From the IMG/VR virus record IMGVR_UViG_3300021961_000025: a stretch of 64,000 bases of DNA. One strand, written 5' to 3'. The DNA is from a virus. Of the stretch, positions 55,851 through 64,000 are shown one piece after another; the stretch's first letter is position 1, and every line of letters begins with the position of its first letter. The notes below the pieces were generated by a model. That model was not told where the DNA came from. It did no database searches and saw only the letters and a list, made by a program, of their open reading frames with translations. A program made the position numbers and the translations under genes.

Positions 55851-56444
55851 ATGTGGAAAACGAGAACTTTAATAATGCCTTTGATAGCGACAGTAATATT
55901 ATCGATGGTTTTATATTATCCACCAAATCAAGCGAGTGCGGACACCAATCCCGATCTTGATCTAGTCTATCCCAAGTATAAAAAGAATGTAAGTGCTTGG
56001 ACTTATGAAGATGTAGAATGTTTAGCAAAAAACATCTACTTTGAATCTGGTACTGAATCCATGACAGGAAAGATAGCTGTCGGATTAGTTACTTTAAATA
56101 GAGTCAACGACTCACGATTCCCCAATAGCGTATGCGAAGTCATTTACCAAGGACCAACCAGTAAATGGCATAAAGAAAATTCTGGTAAGATCGTACCTAT
56201 CAAAAACAAATGCCAATTCAGTTGGTATTGTGATGGTAAGTCCGATGAAATATCAGAACGAACTCGTATGTCTTATAATTTTCAACAAAGTTTAGATGCT
56301 GCCTATAAGGTGCTGTCTGGATACTACTCTGGTATGGTTGAGGGTGCTACGCACTATCACGCAGACTATGTTAAACCTTATTGGAGAACAGAATTAACGT
56401 ATGTAGCTAAGATTGATAGGCATATTTTCTATCGACACGACTAA
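55851..56444 (+). CDS. Cell wall hydrolase (SleB/Hydrolase_2)
   Basis: Signal/TM, CLAKNIYFES, V.LNRV..RFP.SVC.V, CQFSW, GATHYHA, HIFY. Confidence 0.9.
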   Translation: MWKTRTLIMPLIATVILSMVLYYPPNQASADTNPDLDLVYPKYKKNVSAWTYEDVECLAKNIYFESGTESMTGKIAVGLVTLNRVNDSRFPNSVCEVIYQGPTSKWHKENSGKIVPIKNKCQFSWYCDGKSDEISERTRMSYNFQQSLDAAYKVLSGYYSGMVEGATHYHADYVKPYWRTELTYVAKIDRHIFYRHD

Positions 56445-56465
56445 AAAAGACTAAAAAACTTGCAG

Positions 56466-56492
56466 AAAACCCTCTTTTTTGGAGGGTTTTTT
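56466..56492 (+). terminator. Intrinsic terminator
   Basis: AAAACCCTC/GAGGGTTTT + T run. Confidence 0.8.
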
Positions 56493-56566
56493 GTTATTAT
56501 TTTATAAAACGTTGATTTTACAGGGTTTTTTTCTGAAAAAAAGATGAAAAAAGTTGAAGAAAAGTG

Positions 56567-56595
56567 TTGACTTTTATGTTGACTTGTAGTATAAT
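56567..56595 (+). promoter_or_regulatory. Early promoter with upstream IHF-like site (56505-56517)
   Basis: TTGACT-N17-TATAAT; TAAAACGTTGATT. Confidence 0.85.
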
Positions 56596-56646
56596 AGTCG
56601 GTGTTAGGGTTGAAGAATTCCTAATTAACACATAACAAAAGGATAT

Positions 56647-56880
56647 ATGATGATAAACGTGAAAAAGAAAATTGAAAAGTTGTTGAATCAAGGATACGAT
56701 TCCTTTGAGATCGCAGAGAAAATGTCGATCGATGTTAACGAAGTAGAAAAGCTGATTGCTGATATCTATGATGCTAATGATGAAGCACCGATTCTTGCCT
56801 ATGAAGAAGACGATACTTCTATAAACGATATACTTTACGAAAACGGATTTGATCTACCGAACAACTCATACTATGAATAG
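56647..56880 (+). CDS. Small HTH-like early protein
   Basis: L..QG....EIAEKM.I....V pattern. Confidence 0.5.
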   Translation: MMINVKKKIEKLLNQGYDSFEIAEKMSIDVNEVEKLIADIYDANDEAPILAYEEDDTSINDILYENGFDLPNNSYYE

Positions 56881-57160
56881 ACTAATAGCTGTGAAGAATT
56901 GGGTAGTTTCGGACTTCAGAGCCTACCCACTAAGATTTACATTAGAAGTTCTAGCATGGGCATGTTCTATAGGTGTATCAATTGGAATGGCAGTAACAGT
57001 TCCAAACCCTCCTCTAATTATATTTTATCCTATCTGGATCGTAAGCTGTGCTACGTATGCATGGTGTGCCTATACACGTAAATCTTTTGGACTCCTAGCA
57101 AACTATATCTTTCTAACAGGGATTGATATGGTAGGGTTAACAAGGTTAATTTTAGCATAA
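56873..57160 (+). CDS. Three-TM membrane protein
   Basis: Hydrophobic; TVPNPP..YP.W..R.SFG. Confidence 0.6.
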   Translation: MNRLIAVKNWVVSDFRAYPLRFTLEVLAWACSIGVSIGMAVTVPNPPLIIFYPIWIVSCATYAWCAYTRKSFGLLANYIFLTGIDMVGLTRLILA

Positions 57161-57168
57161 AATAAGTG

Positions 57169-57197
57169 TTGACTTTTGCAAAAAAGTGTAGTATAAT
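57169..57197 (+). promoter_or_regulatory. Early promoter
   Basis: TTGACT-N17-TATAAT. Confidence 0.85.
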
Positions 57198-57203
57198 AGT
57201 AGT

Positions 57204-57746
57204 ATGAAAATTGAAAATGAGGTTTATATGATGGACTTGACTACTTATATCGCAGAACAAAATGCAAAGACTCAAGCATGGATCGATGAAGATCCTGCTA
57301 ATCGTTGGGCAAGTATGATCATTACAGATATACAATTCTGGAATGATCAAGGTATCTACACTGTTGAAGATATGAAACGTCACGATTTAGAAACATACAT
57401 TTGGGATGCTTACAAAGATGCTAATGGCATTCGTCCTCGTTTTATGAATTTCTCTGCTATGTCTACAGAAGAGTTGCAAGCTGAAGCAGACTATCTTTCA
57501 AATCAAATCAAAAAACAAATCGAAGAAGAAAAGAAAGAACAATCTCTTGCAAAAGAGCAGTTCGAAGAACACATTAACTGTATGATTACTAATCATAACG
57601 TAGATGAGAAAACTGCTATTCGTTGGGATATGCAAGCTGAGAACACTGATCCAGTTAACGAACAAGACGTTGAACACTATTACTGGAACAAAGGATTGTC
57701 CATGGAAGAGATTCGATCTTACATGGCTAAATATAAATACATATGA
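57204..57746 (+). CDS. Conserved phage early protein
   Basis: D.YKDA.GIRPR..AIRW motif. Confidence 0.65.
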   Translation: MKIENEVYMMDLTTYIAEQNAKTQAWIDEDPANRWASMIITDIQFWNDQGIYTVEDMKRHDLETYIWDAYKDANGIRPRFMNFSAMSTEELQAEADYLSNQIKKQIEEEKKEQSLAKEQFEEHINCMITNHNVDEKTAIRWDMQAENTDPVNEQDVEHYYWNKGLSMEEIRSYMAKYKYI

Positions 57747-57976
57747 AAATAAAATATACGTTTTTTATACTATTAATCGGCATTGGACTTTACATAGTTT
57801 GCGATTGGTATAAATACAAAAAAGCAAGACTGTTCTACTACGACAAAACCGATTGTTTAGTATCAGCTAAATATAAAGACGTACCACTTGAGCAAGGATG
57901 GGGAGTTTACATTTGCAAACGTGGTGATGAAGTAAAAACAGAAATTTTAATGGATCCAGCTAAATTAGAGAGGTAA
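57743..57976 (+). CDS. Small membrane-anchored protein
   Basis: N-terminal TM. Confidence 0.5.
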   Translation: MKIKYTFFILLIGIGLYIVCDWYKYKKARLFYYDKTDCLVSAKYKDVPLEQGWGVYICKRGDEVKTEILMDPAKLER

Positions 57977-57982
57977 TAATCT

Positions 57983-58417
57983 ATGGAAGAAGAAATGAAG
58001 ACTATGGTTGAAACGACTACAATTGTAGAGAATGACGAAGTTGAAACAACCGAACCTGTAAGAAACTTGTATCGTTATACATTTATTCTAAAAGGTAAAA
58101 AGACTTGGACTACTGACGCAGAGTCAGAAGAAGAGGCAAAACAAAGATTCGAAGAAGATACTTTTATCAATGGTAATCCGATTATCGATATTATTGAAAA
58201 CGAACTTCCTGTTCCAGAACCAGTTGATCTTGGTTACAGAGAAATGAAATCTACTAAGGTAATCTTAGAAAAAGGTGAAGAATATCTAACCGATCAGAAA
58301 GCACAATTTGCTAAAATGTTTGCTGAAGCATCTAAACAAAAGGTTGATGGTGCGACAGAGAACGTTGCTGTAGAGATCGAAACTGCTGTAAAGAAAACAA
58401 CAAAAAAGAAAAAATAG
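57983..58417 (+). CDS. Hypothetical acidic protein
   Basis: GAGG RBS. Confidence 0.55.
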   Translation: MEEEMKTMVETTTIVENDEVETTEPVRNLYRYTFILKGKKTWTTDAESEEEAKQRFEEDTFINGNPIIDIIENELPVPEPVDLGYREMKSTKVILEKGEEYLTDQKAQFAKMFAEASKQKVDGATENVAVEIETAVKKTTKKKK

Positions 58418-58420
58418 TTG

Positions 58421-58449
58421 TTGACTTTTGAGTGAACCTGTAGTATAAT
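58421..58449 (+). promoter_or_regulatory. Early promoter
   Basis: TTGACT-N17-TATAAT. Confidence 0.8.
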
Positions 58450-58474
58450 AGGTTTTTAGATTATGGAGAATATT

Positions 58475-58687
58475 ATGTTTAAACTAGCTTACTGTGACTA
58501 TATTGCTGCTACGATTAGTAAGGCTCTACTTGGTGAAGCAAAACAAGTAACATCGCTTATTAAGAGTGCATCACATCCTCAAATGGATTTACATCCAGAT
58601 GAAGGGTACTTCCTTTCTACCAAAAAGACCATTGAAGTCGAAGACGTCCATGGTAAACAATATCGTGTTACGGTAGAGGAACTATAA
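58475..58687 (+). CDS. Hypothetical protein
   Basis: GGAG RBS. Confidence 0.55.
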   Translation: MFKLAYCDYIAATISKALLGEAKQVTSLIKSASHPQMDLHPDEGYFLSTKKTIEVEDVHGKQYRVTVEEL

Positions 58688-58688
58688 T

Positions 58689-59072
58689 ATGGGACTAATG
58701 CCTGCATGGTTTTCGACTACCAACAATGGTCGTAAAAAAGTGAAAATCAAGAAAAAACCTGGATGGGAAAAACGACAAGCAGAACACGATGCTTGGCTAC
58801 GAAAACACAATGCTCATCCTGATCAGTTAAAAGGCAAAGAACTAAGGGGAGTGGTAACACTTCCATGGGAGGCAAGTGGGTATGTCGTACGAGAGACACC
58901 TCACTATCCTAGTCGATCAACAGGTGGGTTTGCACCTTGTACAAAAAAAGAACCAATGGTTTACAGTGGCGAACGAAAACTACTTGGTATAGCTACAATG
59001 CATAAGTCGAATATGGTTCCAGTTTTTGAGGAGCAGGATGCAAAAGACATCGCTAGAATGCGAAGAGGTTAA
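58689..59072 (+). CDS. Conserved phage protein
   Basis: Y.G..L.GIATMHKSN.VPVF..A..MRR. Confidence 0.65.
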   Translation: MGLMPAWFSTTNNGRKKVKIKKKPGWEKRQAEHDAWLRKHNAHPDQLKGKELRGVVTLPWEASGYVVRETPHYPSRSTGGFAPCTKKEPMVYSGERKLLGIATMHKSNMVPVFEEQDAKDIARMRRG

Positions 59073-59076
59073 ACAT

Positions 59077-59265
59077 ATGTTTATAGACATGGGATATGTT
59101 GCAGTATTTTTTGCATCACTCATTGGCTACTTGGGTTATCTAATGGGTAAATGGAAATACAGAGATCTAGTCGAAACAGTCGTCAATCAATTAATTGAAG
59201 ATGGCTATCTTAAGTTAGATGAACAGACAGACGAACTGATTCCGTGGAAAGAGTGGAAAAAATAA
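59077..59265 (+). CDS. Small membrane protein
   Basis: GAGG RBS, TM. Confidence 0.5.
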   Translation: MFIDMGYVAVFFASLIGYLGYLMGKWKYRDLVETVVNQLIEDGYLKLDEQTDELIPWKEWKK

Positions 59266-59266
59266 G

Positions 59267-59295
59267 TTGACTTTCAAGACAAAATAGAGTATAAT
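59267..59295 (+). promoter_or_regulatory. Early promoter
   Basis: TTGACT-N17-TATAAT. Confidence 0.8.
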
Positions 59296-59318
59296 ATATT
59301 ATAACAATGGAGAAAAAT

Positions 59319-59597
59319 ATGATGGTTGAGTTGAGTAAGATCCAAAGCGAATTGCCAATGCTTTCGCTACAGCGTGATGTGAAAAAGATTAACGAGTACA
59401 AGACGTTCTTGACAACTCAGCGTGAGAAACTTGATCGTTGGTTTGACAAGTATCTTGATATGTTCGATAAAGATATGAAACCAGAAGAAGGAACTACTCC
59501 TGTCTGGAATATGTATCGTAAGAAGTATAAAGAGTATGAGAGCATTGATTATATGATTAAGACAACTGAGTTTTATCTCTCGAAAGCACGAGTATGA
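59319..59597 (+). CDS. Hypothetical protein
   Basis: GGAG RBS. Confidence 0.55.
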   Translation: MMVELSKIQSELPMLSLQRDVKKINEYKTFLTTQREKLDRWFDKYLDMFDKDMKPEEGTTPVWNMYRKKYKEYESIDYMIKTTEFYLSKARV

Positions 59598-59824
59598 TTT
59601 TTAAAGATGCTCAAAACTTTGCAATGTATATCGAAAAGGAAGTTATCAACAAAGGTAAGAATGGTGGCTTTACTCATTTAGATGCAATCATTGCGTACTG
59701 TGAAGTAAATTTTATCGAACCCTCTGATATCAAACATCTAATCAAAGGACCACTTAAAGAGAAATTAGAAGTTTGTTATCAGGACTTGAACTACTTACCT
59801 AAAACAGCTAAGCTGGATATGTAA
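59594..59824 (+). CDS. gp33: Late transcription coactivator (T4 gp33-like)
   Basis: F...IE..DAI..YCE..IE..LKEKLE..LNYLP; synteny 33-59-32. Confidence 0.85.
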   Translation: MIFKDAQNFAMYIEKEVINKGKNGGFTHLDAIIAYCEVNFIEPSDIKHLIKGPLKEKLEVCYQDLNYLPKTAKLDM

Positions 59825-60441
59825 TGAATGGTTATGAAGTATACAAATTACACCTACGTATTAAACTGCATTATCGGAACTACTCCTTTGATGCCTTTAC
59901 GACAAATGTAGGGAGAAAACCTTATGCTAGTTACACGCAACGAAATGATATGGGTTTATATGAAAAACTTGGTAAAAGATTTAAGACACCATTTGAATGT
60001 ATTGAGTATTTCGTTTCCAATTTATCTTATGGAAATGATAGCGTACTCTATACTGGTAGTGTCGGTGATGATTACTGGAAGTCTTGGTTAAAATACAAGG
60101 AATCATTATCTCAAAGTTTCCAAAACGATCTCGATGTAATTACATTACATTGTGAAAAGAATCGAAAAGAGATTACTTCTCTATTTGATTTTGAGGAAAA
60201 GGGAATACCAGAAGTGTTTAAACTGTTACTTGGACGAAAGGTAGCAGTGCAAAGTTTGGTAATCCTTAACAGTTACAGACCATTCTTTGATAACTGGAAG
60301 TCTAGCGATATCATCTTTGAAGATGATGCTAAACGAGTTGTCAAAACAAGTGGCTTTGTAAAATTCCCTAGTGCAAAGCTGGGAAAAGGTTTCGATATTT
60401 TTCGTCGTGATTTATCGGAACTAAATATTATGGGTATGTGA
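59824..60441 (+). CDS. gp59: Helicase loader (T4 gp59-like)
   Basis: Y..Y...KLH...R.D...EKL...YFVSN; between gp33 and gp32. Confidence 0.8.
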   Translation: MNGYEVYKLHLRIKLHYRNYSFDAFTTNVGRKPYASYTQRNDMGLYEKLGKRFKTPFECIEYFVSNLSYGNDSVLYTGSVGDDYWKSWLKYKESLSQSFQNDLDVITLHCEKNRKEITSLFDFEEKGIPEVFKLLLGRKVAVQSLVILNSYRPFFDNWKSSDIIFEDDAKRVVKTSGFVKFPSAKLGKGFDIFRRDLSELNIMGM

Positions 60442-60506
60442 TTTGCTTTGCAAGAAACATACTAATATAATAACAACATACGACATATTAACATACGGAG
60501 AAACAT

Positions 60507-61427
60507 ATGGATATTAATACACTTAAGAAACTTCGCAATGATGACTTCAGCAAAATTGCTGGCGAATTCGAAAAACTTGCGAACCCTCAAGCAACACAAT
60601 CCCAAAACTCAAACGAAGATACTAGATTCTGGAGACTTGATCCAGATAAAGCTGGTAATGCAACTGCAGTAATTCGTTTCCTACCTCGAGTTGAGGGTGA
60701 CGAACTACCATGGGTACGAGTATTTTCTCATGGATTCCAAGGACCAACTGGTAAGTGGTACATTGAAAACTCATTGACTACTATCGGTGGAAAAGATCCT
60801 GTCGGAGAATTAAATTCAAAACTATGGAACTCTGGTATTGAAGCAAATAAAGAGATCGCTCGAAAACAAAAGAGACGTCTTGGTTATATTGCTAACGTAC
60901 TAGTGATTTCAGATCCTAAACATCCAGAAAACGAAGGACAAGTAAAACTGTTCAAGTTTGGTAAGAAAATCTTTGATAAGATTATGGACAAAGCACGTCC
61001 AACTTTCGAAGATGAAAAGCCAGTAAACGTTTTCGATCTTTGGGAAGGTGCTGACTTTAAAATCAGAATGCGTAAAGTAGATGGTTATTCTAACTATGAT
61101 CAGTCTGCGTTTATGGAACCTGCTGCATTACACAGTGGTGAAGAATCTGCACTATTGGAAGTTGTAGGAAAACAACATAAACTTTCTGAATTTGTCTCAC
61201 CTGATAAGTTCAAATCTTTCGAAGAACTTCAAAAACGTCTTAACGATGTGTTAAGTGGTGAGTCGGCTCCAAGCACTAAACGTGCTGCAGATATGGATGA
61301 CGAACCAGTAGCTGTCGCTAAACCTGCACCGAGCAAACCTGCTCCTGCTTTGGCAACAAAGAATGCAGATTCTGACGATGACGCTGACGTGATGTCTTAC
61401 TTCCAGAAAATTGCTGAAGCAGAATAA
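60507..61427 (+). CDS. gp32: Single-stranded DNA-binding protein (T4 gp32-like)
   Basis: D.RFW..D..GN..AVIRFLP, WYIEN, FGKKIFDKI, NYD.S.F, acidic tail. Confidence 0.95.
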   Translation: MDINTLKKLRNDDFSKIAGEFEKLANPQATQSQNSNEDTRFWRLDPDKAGNATAVIRFLPRVEGDELPWVRVFSHGFQGPTGKWYIENSLTTIGGKDPVGELNSKLWNSGIEANKEIARKQKRRLGYIANVLVISDPKHPENEGQVKLFKFGKKIFDKIMDKARPTFEDEKPVNVFDLWEGADFKIRMRKVDGYSNYDQSAFMEPAALHSGEESALLEVVGKQHKLSEFVSPDKFKSFEELQKRLNDVLSGESAPSTKRAADMDDEPVAVAKPAPSKPAPALATKNADSDDDADVMSYFQKIAEAE

Positions 61428-61455
61428 TCAGTAATAGACTTATCGTTATATAATT

Positions 61456-61486
61456 AAAGTGGGGGACTTTCGTCCCCCATTTTTTT
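61456..61486. terminator. Probably bidirectional intrinsic terminator
   Basis: TGGGGGAC/GTCCCCCA stem flanked by A and T runs at convergence of + and - gene blocks. Confidence 0.85.
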
Positions 61487-61670
61487 AATTTCTTCTTCTC
61501 CACCTTTTGTTCCATATCCAATTATTAAACTTACTGGCATATTTCTCGACTTTATTCCAAAACCAGCCGAAGATACCTCTATGCCAAAACCAATGATCAT
61601 ATCGTTTGTGGTGGAATAAGAACTTCTTTTCCTTATTCATATTTTGCATTAACTCCCACATTGTCAGCAT
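61485..61670 (-). CDS. Small Trp-rich hypothetical protein
   Basis: ORF between HAD gene and terminator; start uncertain. Confidence 0.35.
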   Translation of the reverse strand: MLTMWELMQNMNKEKKFLFHHKRYDHWFWHRGIFGWFWNKVEKYASKFNNWIWNKRWRRRN

Positions 61671-62309
61671 TTATTGTTTTATCGTCCTAATAGATCCATC
61701 TTCAAGTGCAAGATACGCACTGAATTGTATAGTAGGGAACATTCTTTTCATTTTCAAAAATTCTCTTAGATTATTCAAATCATCATCAATCATTCTTACT
61801 CGTGCATATCGCTTAGTCATTAAGTAAGCACGAATAATTAACATCTTCTTTATCGCAGGTACATCAATGTCGCCAATCATACCTGCTCTTTCAACACGAA
61901 CTTTGTCGATGTCGAAACCATATTTCCTAAAAGTCGCTAAAAACTTATCACGATGATCGAAGTTATTTCGAGCAGTGATAATAATTACTCGGCTTAAAGG
62001 ATTCTTAATACTGTTCGCTAGAATTGCTTTAGCTTTCGCCATCATCTTTGCAATTGGAACAGATTCTTTATAAAACTTAGCAGCATCTTTAAACTGCTTA
62101 TAATCGTATACTTCACCTTGCTTCAGTTTGTAGCTATTATATTCAGAAGTCGATAACTCTCGAGTTACTTTTTGTAACTTCGTATCATAGACCGCAATTT
62201 TAGCCGTAGTACGAAATAAAGTATCATCAATATCAAAGACAGTAAGTCCACCATTTTGATATTCCTCCGATTCCTTCAAGAAACCTTTTAGTGAGAGCAA
62301 TTTGGACAT
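61671..62309 (-). CDS. HAD-family phosphatase (PNKP/RNA-repair HAD-like)
   Basis: FDIDDTL, ITAR, K, IDDD..NL. Confidence 0.75.
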   Translation of the reverse strand: MSKLLSLKGFLKESEEYQNGGLTVFDIDDTLFRTTAKIAVYDTKLQKVTRELSTSEYNSYKLKQGEVYDYKQFKDAAKFYKESVPIAKMMAKAKAILANSIKNPLSRVIIITARNNFDHRDKFLATFRKYGFDIDKVRVERAGMIGDIDVPAIKKMLIIRAYLMTKRYARVRMIDDDLNNLREFLKMKRMFPTIQFSAYLALEDGSIRTIKQ

Positions 62310-62311
62310 TA

Positions 62312-64000
62312 CTAAAATGCTCCCACGTATGCTCTACTGCTATTGTATTGACTACGTACAGTAGAATCAGTATTTCTTACAGGGATCGACACAGTATTAA
62401 CTGATGTCGATACATTGTTGTTAGAAGTAGGTGCAACGACTGTATTTACGTTACCACCTCCACCAGCAGATTCATCTCTTGCTGCTGATGTCATTGCTGA
62501 AGCATTAGTAACTATTGTTCCATCGGAATTCATATAGCCACCAGCTTGAACAAATGATGTCATTCTACGCCATGGAGCCTCACCGAGTGCATCCATTGCT
62601 TTTTCTAATTTGTCTGCGTCAACGTCTGCGAAAGACGCCATTGATAAACCGAGTTGATCTAATCCTGCTGCTGCTGCTTGAATACCTGCACCAGCTTCAC
62701 CAATCTTAATTAATTGTTCAACAGGAGTATCCTGTCCGAAAGAAAGTAATTTTGTAACTAGATTACCCAAGCCAGCAAGAACGTTACCTGCAGCAAACGC
62801 AACCATTGATGCACCAATTGCTGTAATACCTGCAGCAACAGCTAATAGATTACCACCATCAAGTTCTCCTAGTCTTTCTAGACCAGTAGTCATTGAGTTC
62901 ATACCCTCGCCGATTGCTTGCATTGCTTCGCCGATAATCCAAAGAGCACCACCCATTAAGCCAAGAGCAACTGCACCAGCGATAATTAGTGGAGCAGCAG
63001 TACCTGCGATTGCACCAATAACACCCACACCTGCGAGAGTTAATAAACCTTTAGCAACAGTATCCCATCCGATACCTTCAAATGCTTCAAGTGCTTTACT
63101 TGCTAACCACATTACACCTGTAATTGCTGCAAGTCCTAATGCACCCATTAACATAGATCCAGATGCTTTACCTGCGATAACTCCAATAACAGCAAGTGCA
63201 CCTATTGTACCTACACCTTTAGCTAGAGTTTCCCAATCTAGATCTTCAAAATTACTTAATGCTTTACTTACAATCCATAAAGCACCTGCGATACCGACTA
63301 AACCTAATGCACCTTTAAGCAATGATCCAGCCATACCACCGAAACCTTTAATTCCTTCTCCAATTTTACCCATAAGTCCACCACCACCTCCAGCAGCAGG
63401 TTGTGGATTTCCTGGAGTGCCACCTCCAGCAGATGCTCTAGTGTTGGCTTCAATTTTTTCTAGGATGTCATTTTGACTATCCATTTGACGAACATTTTCC
63501 AAGTGCTGTTCTTTTTCTTCTGCACTTGGTGCTGGACCAACTTCTTCTCCAGTAGCACTATCTACCTTTTCAGGTTGAATAGTTGAGAAGTTTTGGTCTG
63601 TAGCAAACCTTGCACGAATGTCAGTATTACCGACAACTTGTAGCATTTCATCTCTGCTTGCTAAAAGTTTAGAACCTTGTTCTGTACGAGCAATTTGCTC
63701 TTCATTCATCCCAGCATCTTTAAAGTACTGGAGTTCTTTATTTGTTTTAGATAAATTTCTTCTTGCGTCGTAGTTCGCTCCAAAGTCTAAAGCGAGTTCT
63801 TCATTAGATTTGGTCGATCCTAATCTCTTTTGTTGTTCTACGAATTCTGATTTGGCAATTGATTTATTAAAGAGACCACCGAAGTTAAATGCTTTCATTA
63901 AACCTCGTCCTGGATTTTTAATAAAATCACCGAAAGGTTTTACGAATCCTTTAATGCCATCGACCATTCTTGCGATTGGACCACGAATCTCTTGTATTCC
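62312..64000 (-). CDS. Tape-measure/baseplate-hub-like virion protein (5' truncated by window)
   Basis: Gly/Ala-rich amphipathic repeats (W..LAKG), frame open to window edge. Confidence 0.6.
   Translation of the reverse strand, partial: GIQEIRGPIARMVDGIKGFVKPFGDFIKNPGRGLMKAFNFGGLFNKSIAKSEFVEQQKRLGSTKSNEELALDFGANYDARRNLSKTNKELQYFKDAGMNEEQIARTEQGSKLLASRDEMLQVVGNTDIRARFATDQNFSTIQPEKVDSATGEEVGPAPSAEEKEQHLENVRQMDSQNDILEKIEANTRASAGGGTPGNPQPAAGGGGGLMGKIGEGIKGFGGMAGSLLKGALGLVGIAGALWIVSKALSNFEDLDWETLAKGVGTIGALAVIGVIAGKASGSMLMGALGLAAITGVMWLASKALEAFEGIGWDTVAKGLLTLAGVGVIGAIAGTAAPLIIAGAVALGLMGGALWIIGEAMQAIGEGMNSMTTGLERLGELDGGNLLAVAAGITAIGASMVAFAAGNVLAGLGNLVTKLLSFGQDTPVEQLIKIGEAGAGIQAAAAGLDQLGLSMASFADVDADKLEKAMDALGEAPWRRMTSFVQAGGYMNSDGTIVTNASAMTSAARDESAGGGGNVNTVVAPTSNNNVSTSVNTVSIPVRNTDSTVRSQYNSSRAYVGAF

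Noticed and set aside
522-61521. Numerous short minus-strand and alternate-frame ORFs in the track
   Set aside because: They are shadows of well-supported + strand genes with no RBS or motif. The exception kept is the embedded o-spanin.
1-64000. Stop-codon reassignment
   Set aside because: Conserved genes are intact under the standard code, TAA, TAG and TGA all end genes, and no suppressor tRNA is seen

Overview
This window is a 64-kb segment of a T4-like (myovirus-type) bacteriophage genome. It is AT-rich, densely coding, and almost all on the + strand. Recognisable T4-type core genes are primase gp61, RNase H, gp33, gp59, gp32, nrdA/nrdB, glutaredoxin, thyX, dCMP deaminase and PhoH. Spanins and IHF-like sites point to a Gram-negative, probably aquatic proteobacterial host (inference). 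Four things stand out. (1) A phage-encoded biosynthetic system: a ~9-kb tightly coupled cluster with FabF-type ketosynthase, SpeD-like decarboxylase, amidinotransferase and nine tandem Fe(II)/2OG-type oxygenases. Dispersed elsewhere are an ACP, MaoC-type dehydratase, SDR, fatty-acid desaturase, two class-III aminotransferases and three more oxygenases. (2) A translation-control set: permuted two-piece tmRNA (tag ANENFALAA), ribosomal protein bS21, three tRNAs, a deaminase beside tRNA-Arg(ACG), a glutamine (glnA-type) riboswitch and an unassigned structured ncRNA. (3) Proteins with T4-type capsid-targeting N-termini, including apparent polyproteins punctuated by Glu sites. (4) Three promoter classes (TTGACT-N17-TATAAT, TTGCAA-N12-TAnAnT, CTAAATA), many with an ATG at the expected +1 (leaderless). 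All protein calls come from motif recognition by eye; no database searches were run.
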